64,000 bases of DNA from Euprymna scolopes (GCA_053919585.1 CM132825.1); one strand, 5' to 3'. Shown: positions 8,515-23,500, counted from the first letter of the stretch. Notes: generated from the sequence alone by a model not told the origin. A program made the numbers and translations.

Positions 8515-11500
8515 CAATTCATTTTCTATGTGATTGTCGACAAGTTTATCAATTTATGCCATCTGTATTCTATCTATTAGGTTTGCTGTTTTCATATTTA
8601 CCTACAAACAATTAATTTTCTATGTGATTGTCGACAAGTTTATCAATTTATGCCATCTGTATTCTATCTATTAGGTTTGCTGTTTTCATATTTACCTACA
8701 AACAATTCATTTTCTATGTGATTGTCGACAAGTTTATCAATTTATGCCATCTGTATTCTATCTATTAGGTTTGCAGTTTTCATATTTACCTACAAACAAT
8801 TCATTTTCTATGTGATTGTCGACAAGTTTATCAATTTATGCCATCTGTATTCTATCTATTAGGTTTGCTGTTTTCATATTTACCTACAAACAATTCATTT
8901 TCTATGTGATTGTCGACAAGTTTATCAATTTATGCCATCTGTATTCTATCTATTAGGTTTACTGTTTTCATATTTACCTACAAACAATTCATTTTCTATG
9001 TGATTGTCGACAAGTTTATCAATTTATGCCATCTGTATTCTATCTATTATGTTTGCTGTTTTCATATTTACCTACAAACAATTCATTTTCTATGTGATTG
9101 TCGACAAGTTTATCAATTTATGCCATCTGTATTCTATCTATTAGGTTTGCAGTTTTCATATTTACCTACAAACAATTCATTTTCTATGTGATTGTCGACA
9201 AGTTTATCAATTTATGCCATCTGTATTCTATCTATTAGGTTTGCTGTTTTCATATTTACCTACAAACAATTCATTTTCTATGTGATTGTCGACAAGTTTA
9301 TCAATTTATGCCATCTGTATTCTATCTATTAGGTTTGCTGTTTTCATATTTACCTACAAACAATTCATTTTCTATGTGATTGTCGACAAGTTTATCAATT
9401 TATGCCATCTGTATTCTATCTATTAGGTTTGCTGTTTTCATATTTACCTACAAACAATTCATTTTCTATGTGATTGTCGACAAGTTTATCAATTTATGCC
9501 ATCTGTATTTTATATATTAGGTTTGCTGTTTTCATATTTACCTACAAACAATTCATTTTCCATGTGATTGTCGACAAGTTTATCAATTTATGCCATCTGT
9601 ATTCTATCTATTAGGTTTGCCGTTTTCATATTTACCTACAAACAATTCATTTTCTATGTGATTGTCGACAAGTTTATCAATTTATGCCATCTGTATTCTA
9701 TCTATTAGGTTTGCTGTTTTCATATTTACCTACAAACAATTCATTTTCTATGTGATTTTCGACAAGTTTATCAATTTATGCCATCTGTATTCTATCTATT
9801 AGGTTTGCTGTTTTCATATTTACCTACAAACAATTACTTTTCTATGTGATTGTCGACAAGTTTATCAATTTATGCCATCTGTATTCTATCTATTAGGTTT
9901 GCTGTTTTCATATTTACCTACAAACAATTCATTTTCTATGTGATTGTCGACAAGTTTATCAATTTATGCCATCTGTATTCTATCTATTAGGTTTGCTGTT
10001 TTCATATTTACCTACGAACAATTCATTTTCTATCTGATTGTTGACAAGTTTATCAATTTATGCCATCTGTATTCTATCTATTAGGTTTGCTGTTTTCATA
10101 TTTACCTACAAACAATTCATTTTCTATGTGATTGTCGACAAGTTTATCAATTTATGCCATCTGTATTCTATCTATTAGGTTTGCTGTTTTCATATTTACC
10201 TACAAACAATTCATTTTCTATGTGATTGTCGACAAGTTTATCAATTTATGCCATCTGTATTCTATCTATTAGGTTTGCTGTTTTCATATTTACCTACAAA
10301 CAATTAATTTTCTATGTGATTGTCGACAAGTTTATCAATTTATGCCATCTGTATTCTATCTATTAGGTTTGCAGTTTTCATATTTACCTACAAACAATTC
10401 ATTTTCTATGTGATTTTCGACAAGTTTATCAATTTATGCCATCTGTATTCTATCTATTAGGTTTGCTGTTTTCATATTTACCTACAAACAATTCATTTTC
10501 TATGTGATTGTCGACAAGTTTATCAATTTATGCCATCTGTATTCTATCTATCAGGTTTGCTGTTTTCATATTTACCTACAAACAATTCATTTTCTATGTG
10601 ATTGTCGACAAGTTTATCAATTTATGCCATCTGTATTCTATCTATTAGGTTTGCTGTTTTCATATTTACCTACAAACAATTCATTTTCTATGTGATTGTC
10701 GACAAGTTTATCAATTTATGCCATCTGTATTTTATCTATTAGGTTTGCTGTTTTCATATTTACCTACAAACAATTCATTTTCCATGTGATTGTCGACAAG
10801 TTTATCAATTTATGCCATCTGTATTCTATCTATTAGGTTTGCCGTTTTCATATTTACCTACAAACAATTCATTTTCTATGTGATTGTCGACAAGTTTATC
10901 AATTTATGCCATCTGTATTCTATCTATTAGGTTTGCAGTTTTCATATTTACCTACAAACAATTCATTTTCTATGTGATTTTCGACAAGTTTATCAATTTA
11001 TGCCATCTGTATTCTATCTATTAGGTTTTCTGTTTTCATATTTACCTACAAACAATTACTTTTCTATGTGATTGTCGACAAGTTTATCAATTTATGCCAT
11101 CTGTATTCTATCTATTAGGTTTGCTGTTTTCATATTTACCTACAAACAATTCATTTTCTATGTGATTGTCGACAAGTTTATCAATTTATGCCATCTGTAT
11201 TCTATCTATTAGGTTTGCTGTTTTCATATTTACCTACAAACAATTCATTTTCTATCTGATTGTCGACAAGTTTATCAATTTATGCCATCTGTATTCTATC
11301 TATTAGGTTTGCTGTTTTCATATTTACCTACAAACAATTCATTTTCTATGTGATTGTCGACAAGTTTATCAATTTATGCCATCTGTATTCTATCTATTAG
11401 GTTTGCTGTTTTCATATTTACCTACAAACAATTCATTTTCTATGTGATTGTCGACAAGTTTATCAATTTATGCCATCTGTATTCTATCTATTAGGTTTGC

Positions 11501-14500
11501 TGTTTTCATATTTACCTACAAACAATTCATTTTCTATGTGATTGTCGACAAGTTTATCAATTTATGCCATCTGTATTCTATCTATTAGGTTTGCTGTTTT
11601 CATATTTACCTACAAACAATTCATTTTCTATGTGATTGTCGACAAGTTTATCAATTTATGCCATCTGTATTCTATCTATTAGGTTTGCAGTTTTCATATT
11701 TACCTACAAACAATTCATTTTCTATGTGATTTTCGACAGTTTTATCAATTTATGCCATCTGTATTCTATCTATTAGGTTTGCTGTTTTCATATTTACCTA
11801 CAAACAATTACTTTTCTATGTGATTGTCGACAAGTTTATCAATTTATGCCATCTGTATTCTATCTATTAGGTTTGCTGTTTTCATATTTACCTACAAACA
11901 ATTCATTTTCTATGTGATTGTCGACAAGTTTATCAATTTATGCCATCTGTATTCTATCTATTAGGTTTGCTGTTTTCATATTTACCTACAAACAATTCAT
12001 TTTCTATGTGATTGTCGACAAGTTTATCAATTTATGCCATCTGTATTCTATCTATTAGGTTTGCTGTTTTCATATTTACCTACAAACAATTCATTTTCTA
12101 TGTGATTGTCGACAAGTTTATCAATTTATGCCATCTGTATTTTATCTATTAGGTTTGCTGTTTTCATATTTACCTACAAACAATTCATTTTCCATGTGAT
12201 TGTCGACAAGTTTATCAATTTATGCCATCTGTATTCTATCTATTAGGTTTGCCGTTTTCATATTTACCTACAAACAATTCATTTTCTATGTGATTGTCGA
12301 CAAGTTTATCAATTTATGCCATCTGTATTCTATCTATTAGGTTTGCAGTTTTCATATTTACCTACAAACAATTCATTTTCTATGTGATTTTCGACAAGTT
12401 TATCAATTTATGCCATCTGTATTCTATCTATTAGGTTTGCTGTTTTCATATTTACCTACAAACAATTACTTTTCTATGTGATTGTCGACAAGTTTATCAA
12501 TTTATGCCATCTGTATTCTATCTATTAGGTTTGCTGTTTTCATATTTACCTACAAACAATTCATTTTCTATGTGATTGTCGACAAGTTTATCAATTTATG
12601 CCATCTGTATTCTATCTATTAGGTTTGCTGTTTTCATATTTACCTACAAACAATTCATTTTCTATCTGATTGTCGACAAGTTTATCAATTTATGCCATCT
12701 GTATTCTATCTATTAGGTTTGCTGTTTTCATATTTACCTACAAACAATTCATTTTCTATGTGATTGTCGACAAGTTTATCAATTTATGCCATCTGTATTC
12801 TATCTATTAGGTTTGCTGTTTTACTATTTACCTACAAACAATTCATTTTCTATGTGATTGTCGACAAGTTTATCAATTTATGCCATCTGTATTCTATCTA
12901 TTAGGTTTGCTGTTTTCATATTTACCTACAAACAATTCATTTTCTATGTGATTGTCGACAAGTTTATCAATTTATGCCATCTGTATTCTATCTATTAGGT
13001 TTGCTGTTTTCATATTTACCTACAAACAATTCATTTTCTATGTGATTGTCGACAAGTTTATCAATTTATGCCATCTGTATTCTATCTATTAGGTTTGCAG
13101 TTTTCATATTTACCTACAAACAATTCATTTTCTATGTGATTTTCGACAGTTTTATCAATTTATGCCATCTGTATTCTATCTATTAGGTTTGCTGTTTTCA
13201 TATTTACCTACAAACAATTACTTTTCTATGTGATTGTCGACAAGTTTATCAATTTATGCCATCTGTATTCTATCTATTAGGTTTGCTGTTTTCATATTTA
13301 CCTACAAACAATTCATTTTCTATGTGATTGTCGACAAGTTTATCAATTTATGCCATCTGTATTCTATCTATTAGGTTTGCTGTTTTCATATTTACCTACA
13401 AACAATTCATTTTCTATGTGATTGTCGACAAGTTTATCAATTTATGCCATCTGTATTCTATCTATTAGGTTTGCTGTTTTCATATTTACCTACAAACAAT
13501 TCATTTTCTATGTGATTGTCGACAAGTTTATCAATTTATGCCATCTGTATTCTATCTATTAGGTTTGCTGTTTTCATATTTACCTACAAACAATTAATTT
13601 TCTATGTGATTGTCGACAAGTTTATCAATTTATGCCATCTGTATTCTATCTATTAGGTTTGCTGTTTTCATATTTACCTACAAACAATTCATTATCTATG
13701 TGATTGTCGACAAGTTTATCAATTTATGCCATCTGTATTCTATCTATTAGGTTTGCTGTTTTCATATTTACCTACAAACGATTCATTTTCTTTGTGATTG
13801 TCGACAAGTTTATCAATTTAGTCCATCTGTATTCTATCTATTAGGTTTGCTGTTTTCATATTTACCTACAAACAATTAATTTTCTATGTGATTGTCGACA
13901 AGTTTATCAATTTATGCCATCTGTATTCTATCTATTAGGTTTGCTGTTTTCATATTTACCTACAAACAATTCATTTTCTATGTGATTGTCGACAAGTTTA
14001 TCAATTTATGCGGTCTGTATTCTATCTATTAGGTTTGCTGTTTTCATATTTACCTACAAACAATTCATTTTCTATGTGATTGTTGACAAGTTTATTAATT
14101 TATGCCATCTGTATTCTATCTATTAGGTTTGCTGTTTTCATATTTACCTACAAACAATTCATTTTCTATGTGATTGTCGACAAGTTTATCAATTTATGCC
14201 ATCTGTATTCTATCTATTAGGTTTGCTGTTTTCATATTTACCTACAAACAATTCATTTTCTATGTGATTGTCGACAAGTTTATCAATTTATGCCATCTGT
14301 ATTCTATCTATTAGGTTTGCTGTTTTCATATTTACCTACAAACAATTCATTTTCTATGTGATTGTTTACAAGTTTATTAATTTATGCCATCTGTATTCTA
14401 TCTATTAGGTTAGCTGTTTTCATATTTACCTACGAACAATTCATTTTCTATCTGATTTTCGCCAAGTTTATCAATTTATGCCATCTGTATTCTATCTATT

Positions 14501-17500
14501 AGGTTTGCTGTTTTCATATTTACCTACAAACAATTCATTTTCTATGTGATTGTCGACAAGTTTATTAATTTATGCCATCTGTATTCTATCTATTAGGTTT
14601 GCTGTTTTCATATTTACCTACAAACAATTCATTTTCTATGTGATTGTCGACAAGTTTATTAATTTATGCCATCTGTATTCTATCTATTAGGTTTGCTGTT
14701 TTCATATTTACCTACAAACAATTCCTTTTCTATGTGATTGTCGACAAGTTTATTAATTTATGCCATCTGTATTCTATCTATTAGGTTTGCTGTTTTCATA
14801 TTTACCTACAAACAATTCATTTTCTATGTGATTGTCGACAAGTTTATCAATTTATGCCATCTGTATTCCATCTATTAGGTTTGCTGTATTCATATTTACC
14901 TACAAACAATTCATTTTCTATGTGATTGTCGACAAGTTTATCAATTTATGCCATCTGTATTCTATCTATTAGGTTTGCCGTTTTAATTTACCTACAAACA
15001 ATTCATTTTCTATGTGATTGTCGACAAGTTTATCAATTTATGCCATCTGTATTCTATCTATTAGGTTTGCTGTTTTCATATTTACCTACAAACAATTCAT
15101 TTTCTATGTGATTGTTGACAAGTTTATTAATTTATGCCATCTGTATTCTATCTATTAGGTTTGCTGTTTTCATATTTACCTACAAACAATTCATTTTCTA
15201 TGTGATTGTCGACAAGTTTATCAATTTATGCCATCTGTATTCTATCTATTAGGTTTGCTGTTTTCATATTTACCTACAAACAATTAATTTTCTATGTGAT
15301 TGTCGACAAGTTTATCAATTTATGCCATCTGTATTCTATCTATTAGGTTTGCTGTTTTCATATTTACCTACAAACAATTCATTATCTATGTGATTGTCGA
15401 CAAGTTTATCAATTTATGCCATCTGTATTCTATCTATTAGGTTTGCTGTTTTCATATTTACCTACAAACGATTCATTTTCTTTGTGATTGTCGACAAGTT
15501 TATCAATTTAGTCCATCTGTATTCTATCTATTAGGTTTGCTGTTTTCATATTTACCTACAAACAATTAATTTTCTATGTGATTGTCGACAAGTTTATCAA
15601 TTTATGCCATCTGTATTCTATCTATTAGGTTTGCTGTTTTCATATTTACCTACAAACAATTCATTTTCTATGTGATTGTTGACAAGTTTATTAATTTATG
15701 CCATCTGTATTCTATCTATTAGGTTTGCTGTTTTCATATTTACCTACAAACAATTCATTTTCTATGTGATTGTCGACAAGTTTATCAATTTATGCCATCT
15801 TTATTCTATCTATTAGGTTTGCTGTTTTCATATTTACCTACAAACAATTCATTTTCTATGTGATTGTTGACAAGTTTATTAATTTATGCCATCTGTATTC
15901 TATCTATTAGGTTTGCTGTTTTCATATTTACCTACAAACAATTCATTTTCTATGTGATTGTCGACAAGTTTATCAATTTATGCCATCTGTATTCTATCTA
16001 TTAGGTTTGCTGTTTTCATATTTACCTACAAACAATTCATTTTCTATGTGATTGTCGACAAGTTTATCAATTTATGCCATCTGTATTCTATCTATTAGGT
16101 TTGCTGTTTTCATATTTACCTACAAACAATTCATTTTCTATGTGATTGTTTACAAGTTTATTAATTTATGCCATCTGTATTCTATCTATTAGGTTAGCTG
16201 TTTTCATATTTACCTACAAACAATTCATTTTCTATCTGATTGTCGCCAAGTTTATCAATTTATGCCATCTGTATTCTATCTATTAGGTTTGCTGTTTTCA
16301 TATTTACCTACAAACAATTCATTTTCTATGTGATTGTCGACAAGTTTATTAATTTATGCCATCTGTATTCTATCTATTAGGTTTGCTGTTTTCATATTTA
16401 CCTACAAACAATTCATTTTCTATGTGATTGTCGACAAGTTTATTAATTTATGCCATCTGTATTCTATCTATTAGGTTTGCTGTTTTCATATTTACCTACA
16501 AACAATTCCTTTTCTATGTGATTGTCGACAAGTTTATTAATTTATGCCATCTGTATTCTATCTATTAGGTTTGCTGTTTTCATATTTACCTACAAACAAT
16601 TCATTTTCTATGTGATTGTCGACAAGTTTATCAATTTATGCCATCTGTATTCCATCTATTAGGTTTGCTGTATTCATATTTACCTACAAACAATTCATTT
16701 TCTATGTGATTGTCGACAAGTTTATCAATTTATGCCATCTGTATTCTATCTATTAGGTTTGCCGTTTTAATTTACCTACAAACAATTCATTTTCTATGTG
16801 ATTGTCGACAAGTTTATCAATTTATGCCATCTGTATTCTATCTATTAGGTTTGCTGTTTTCATATTTACCTCCAAACAATTCATTTTCTATGTGATTGTC
16901 GACAAGTTTATCAATTTAGTCCATCTGTATTCTATCTATTAGGTTTGCTGTTTTCATATTTACCTACAAACAATTAATTTTCTATGTGATTGTCGACAAG
17001 TTTATCAATTTATGCCATCTGTATTCTATCTATTAGGTTTGCTGTTTTCATATTTACCTACAAACAATTCATTTTCTATGTGATTGTTGACAAGTTTATT
17101 AATTTATGCCATCTGTATTCTATCTATTAGGTTTGCTGTTTTCATATTTACCTACAAACAATTCATTTTCTATGTGATTGTCGACAAGTTTATCAATTTA
17201 TGCCATCTGTATTCTATCTATTAGGTTTGCTGTTTTCATATTTACCTACAAACAATTCATTTTCTATGTGATTGTTGACAAGTTTATTAATTTATGCAAT
17301 CTGTATTCTATCTATTAGGTTTGCTGTTTTCATATTTACCTAATAACAATTCATTTTCTATGTGATTGTCGACAAGTTTATCAATTTATGCCATCTGTAT
17401 TCTATCTATTAGGTTTGCTGTTTTCATATTTACCTACAAACAATTCATTTTCTATGTGATTGTCGACAAGTTTATCAATTTATGCCATCTGTATTCTATC

Positions 17501-20500
17501 TATTAGGTTTGCTGTTTTCATATTTACCTACAAACAATTCATTTTCTATGTGATTGTTTACAAGTTTATTAATTTATGCCATCTGTATTCTATCTATTAG
17601 GTTAGCTGTTTTCATATTTACCTACAAACAATTCATTTTCTATCTGATTGTCGCCAATTTTATCAATTTATGCCATCTGTATTCTATCTATTAGGTTTGC
17701 TGTTTTCATATTTACCTACAAACAATTCATTTTCTATGTGATTGTCGACAAGTTTATTAATTTATGCCATCTGTATTCTATCTATTAGGTTTGCTGTTTT
17801 CATATTTACCTACAAACAATTCATTTTCTATGTGATTGTCGACAAGTTTATCAATTTATGCCATCTGTATTCTATCTATTAGGTTTGCTGTTTTCATATT
17901 TACCTACAAACAATTCATTTTCTATGTGATTGTCGACAAGTTTATCAATTTATGCCATCTGTATTCTATCTATTAGGTTTGCTGTTTTCATATTTACCTA
18001 CAAACAATTCATTTTCTATGTGATTGTCGACAAGTTTATCAATTTATGCCATCTGTATTCTATCTATTAGGTTTGCTGTTTTCATATTTACTTACAATCA
18101 ATTCATTTTCTATGTGATTGTCGACAAGTTTATTAATTTATGCCATCTGTATTCTATCTATTAGGTTTGCTGTTTTCATATTTACCTACAAACAATTCAT
18201 TTTCTATGTGATTGTCGACAAGTTTATTAATTTATGCCATCTGTATTCTATCTATTAGGTTTGCTGTTTTCATATTTACCTACAAACAATTCATTTTCTA
18301 TGTGATTGTCGACAAGTTTGTTAATTTATGCCATCTGTATTCTATCTATTAGGTTTGCTGTTTTCATATTTACCTACAAACAATTCCTTTTCTATGTGAT
18401 TGTCGACAAGTTTATTAATTTATGCCATCTGTATTCTATCTATTAGGTTTGCTGTTTTCATATTTACCTACAAACAATTCATTTTCTATGTGATTGTCGA
18501 CAAGTTTATCAATTTATGCCATCTGTATTCCATCTATTAGGTTTGCTGTTTTCATATTTACCTACAAACAATTCATTTTCTATGTGATTGTCGACAAGTT
18601 TATCAATTTATGCCATCTGTATTCTATCTATTAGGTTTGCCGTTTTAATTTACCTACAAACAATTCATTTTCTATGTGATTGTCGACAAGTTTATCAATT
18701 TATGCCATCTGTATTCTATCTATTAGGTTTGCTGTTTTCATATTTACCTACAAACAATTCATTTTCTATGTGATTGTCGCCAAGTTTATCAATTTATGCA
18801 ATCTGTATTCTATCTATTAGGTTTGCTGTTTTCATATTTACCTACAAACAATTCATTTTCTATGTGATTGTTGACAAGTTTATTAATTTATGCCATCTGT
18901 ATTCCATCTATTAGGTTAGCTGTTTTCATATTTACCTACAAACAATTCATTTTCTATCTGATTGTCGACAAGTTTATCAATTTATGCCATCTGTATTCTA
19001 TCTATTAGGTTTGCTGTTTTCATATTTACCTACAAACAATTCATTTTCTATCTGATTGTCGACAAGTTTATCAATTTATGCCATCTGTATTCTATCTATT
19101 AGGTTTGCTGTTTTCATATTTACCTACAAAAAATTCATTTTCTATGTGATTGTCGACAAGTTTATCAATTTATGCCATCTGTATTCTATCTATTAGGTTT
19201 GCTGTTTTCATATTTACCTACAAACAATTCATTTTCTATGTGATTGTCGACAAGTTTATCAATTTATGCCATCTGTATTCTATCTATTAGGTTTGCTGTT
19301 TTCATATTTACCTACAAACAATTAATTTTCTATGTGATTGTCGACAAGTTTATCAATTTATGCAATCTGTATTCTATCTATTAGGTTTGCTGTTTTCATA
19401 TTTACCTTCAAACAATTCATTATCTATGTGATTGTCGACAAGTTTATCAATTATTGCCATCTGTATTCTATCTATTAGGTTTGCTGTTTTCATATTTACC
19501 TACAAACGATTCATTTTCTTTGTGATTGTCGACAAGTTTATCAATTGATGCCATCTGTATTCTATCTATTAGGTTTGCTGTTTTCATATTTACGTAAAAA
19601 CAATTAATTTTCTATGTGATTGTCGACAAGTTTATCAATTTATGCCATCTTTATTCTATCTATTAGGTTTGCTGTTTTCATATTTACCTACAAACAATTC
19701 ATTTTCTATGTGATTGTTGACAAGTTTATTAATTTATGCCATCTGTATTCTATCTATTAGGTTTGCTGTTTTCATATTTACCTACAAACAATTCATTTTC
19801 TATGTGATTGTCGACAAGTTTATCAATTTATGCCATCTGTATTCTATCTATTAGGTTTGCTGTTTTCATATTTACCTACAAACAATTCCTTTTCTATGTG
19901 ATTGTCGACAAGTTTATCAATTTATGCAATCTGTATTCTATCTATTAGGTTTGCTGTTTTCATATTTACCTACAAACGATTCATTTTCTTTGTGATTGTC
20001 GACAAGTTTATCAATTGATGCCATCTGTATTCTATCTATTAGGTTTGCTGTTTTCATATTTACCTACAAACAATTCATTTTCTATGTGATTGTCGACAAG
20101 TTTATCAATTTATGCCATCTGTATTCTATCTATTAGGTTTGCTGTTTTCATATTTACTTACAATCAATTCATTTTCTATGTGATTGTCGACAAGTTTATT
20201 AATTTATGCCATCTGTATTCTATCTATTAGGTTTGCTGTTTTCATATTTACCTACAAACAATTCATTTTCTATGTGATTGTCGACAAGTTTATTAATTTA
20301 TGCCATCTGTATTCTATCTATTAGGTTTGCTGTTTTCATATTTACCTACAAACAATTCATTTTCTATGTGATTGTCGACAAGGTTTGTTAATTTATGCCA
20401 TCTGTATTCTATCTATTAGGTTTGCTGTTTTCATATTTACCTACAAACAATTCCTTTTCTATGTGATTGTCGACAAGTTTATCAATTTATGCCATCTGTA

Positions 20501-23500
20501 TTCTATCTCTTAGGTTTGCTGTTTTCATATTTACCTACAAACAATTCATTTTCTATGTGATTGTCGACAAGTTTATCAATTTATGCCATCTGTATTCTAT
20601 CTATTAGGTTTGCTGTTTTCATATTTACCTACAAACAATTCATTTTCTATGTGATTGTCCACAAGTTTATCAATTTATGCCATCTGTATTCTATCTATTA
20701 GGTTTGCTGTTTTCATATTTACCTACAAACAATTCATTTTCTATGTGATTGGCGACAAGTTTATCAATTCATGCCATCTGTATTCTATCTATTAGGTTTG
20801 CTGTTTTCATATTTACCTACAAACAGTTCATTTTCTATGTGATTGTCGACAAGTTTATCAATTTATGCCATCTGTATTCTATCTCTTAGGTTTGCTGTTT
20901 TCATATTTACCTACAAACAATTCATTTTCTATGTGATTGTCGACAAGTTTATCAATTTATGCCATCTGTATTCTATCTATTAGGTTTGCTGTTTTCATAT
21001 TTACCTACAAACAATTCATTTTCTATGTGATTGTCGACAAGTTTATAAATTCATGCCATCTGTATTCTATCTATTAGGTTTGCTGTTTTCATATTTACCT
21101 ACAAACAATTAATTTTCTATGTGATTGTCGACAAGTTTATCAATTTATGCCATCTGTATTCTATCTATTAGGTTTGCTGTTTTCATATTTACCTACAAAC
21201 AATTCATTTTCTATGTGATTGTCGACAAGTTTATCAATTTATGCCATCTGTATTCTATCTCTTAGGTTTGCTGTTTTCATATTTACCTACAAACAATTCA
21301 TTTTCTATGTGATTGTCGACATGTTTATCAATTTATGCCATCTGTATTCTATCTATTAGGTTTGCTGTTTTCATATTTACCTACAAACAATTCATTTTCT
21401 ATGTGATTGTCGACAAGTTTATCAATTCATGCCATCTGTATTCTATCTATTAGGTTTGCTGTTTTCATATTTACCTACAAACAGTTCATTTTCTATGTGA
21501 TTGTCGACAAGTTTATCAATTTATGCCATCTGTATTCTATCTATTAGGTTTGCTGTTTTCATATTTACCTACAAACCATTCATTTTCTATGTGATTGTCG
21601 ACAAGTTTATCAATTTATGCCATCTGTATTCTATCTATTAGGTTTGCTGTTTTCATATTTACCTACAAACAATTCATTTTCTATGTGATTGTCGACAAGT
21701 TTATCAATTCATGCCATCTGTATTCTATCTATTAGGTTTGCTGTTTTCATATTTACCTACAAACAATTCATTTTCTATGTGATTGTCGACAAGTTTATCA
21801 ATTTATGCCATCTGTATTCTATCTATTAGGTTTGCTGTTTTCATATTTACCTACAAACAATTCATTTTCTATGTGATTGTCGACAAGTTTATGAATTTAT
21901 GCCATCTGTATTCTATCTATTAGGTTTGCTGTTTTCATATTTACCTACAAACAATTCATTTTCTATGTGATTGTCGACAAGTTTATCAATTTATGCCATC
22001 TGTATTCTATCTCTTAGGTTTGCTGTTTTCATATTTACCTACAAACAATTCATTTTCTATGTGATTGTCGACAAGTTTATCAATTTATGCCATCTGTATT
22101 CTATCTATTAGGTTTGCTGTTTTCATATTTACCTACAAACAATTCATTTTCTATGTGATTGTCGACAAGTTTATCAATTCATGCCATCTGTATTCTATCT
22201 ATTAGGTTTGCTGTTTTCATATTTACCTACAAACAATTAATTTTCTATGTGATTGTCGACAAGTTTATCAATTTATGCCATCTGTATTCTATCTATTAGG
22301 TTTGCTGTTTTCATATTTACCTACAAACAATTAATTTTCTATGTGATTGTCGACAAGTTTATCAATTTATGCCATCTGTATTCTATCTATTAGGTTTGCT
22401 GTTTTCATATTTACCTACAAACAATTCATTTTCTATGTGATTGTCGACAAGTTTATCAATTTATGCCATCTGTATTCTATCTATTAGGTTTGCTGTTTTC
22501 ATATTTACCTACAAACAATTCATATTTTATGTGATTGTCGACAAGTTTATCAATTTATGCCATCTGTATTCTATCTATTAGGTTTGCTGTTTTCATATTT
22601 ACCTACAAACAATTCATTTTCTATGTGATTGTCGACAAGTTTATCAATTTATGCCATCTGTATTCTATCTATTAGGTTTGCTGTTTTCATATTTACCTAC
22701 AAACAATTCATTTTCTATGTGATTGTAGACAAGTTTATCAATTTAGTCCATCTGTATTCTATCTATTAGGTTTGCTGTTTTGATATTTACCTACAAACAA
22801 TTCATTTTCTATGTGATTGTCGACAAGTTTATCAATTTATGCCATCTGTATTCTATCTAATAGGTTAGCTGTTTTCATATTTACCTACAAACAATTCATT
22901 TTCTATGTGATTGTCGACAAGTTTATGAATTTATGCCATCTGTATTCTATCTATTAGGTTTGCTGTTTTCATATTTACCTACAAACAATTCATTTTCTAT
23001 GTGATTGTCGACAAGTTTATAAATTCATGCCATCTGTATTCTATCTATTAGGTTTGCTGTTTTCATATTTACCTACAAACAATTCATTTTCTATGTGATT
23101 GTCGACAAGTTTATCAATTTATGCCATCTGTATTCTATCTATTAGGTTTGCTGTTTTCATATTTACCTACAAACAATTCATTTTCTATGTGATTGTCGAC
23201 AAGTTTATAAATTCATGCCATCTGTATTCTATCTATTAGGTTTGCTGTTTTCATATTTACCTACAAACAATTCATTTTCTATGTGATTGTCAACAAGTTT
23301 ATCAATTTATGCCATCTGTATTCTATCTATTAGGTTTGCTGTTTTCATATTTACCTACAAACAATTCATTTTCTATGTGATTGTAGACAAGTTTATCAAT
23401 TTAGTCCATCTGTATTCTATCTATTAGGTTTGCTGTTTTCATATTTACCTACAAACAATTCATTTTCTATGTGATTGTCGACAAGTTTATCAATTTATGC

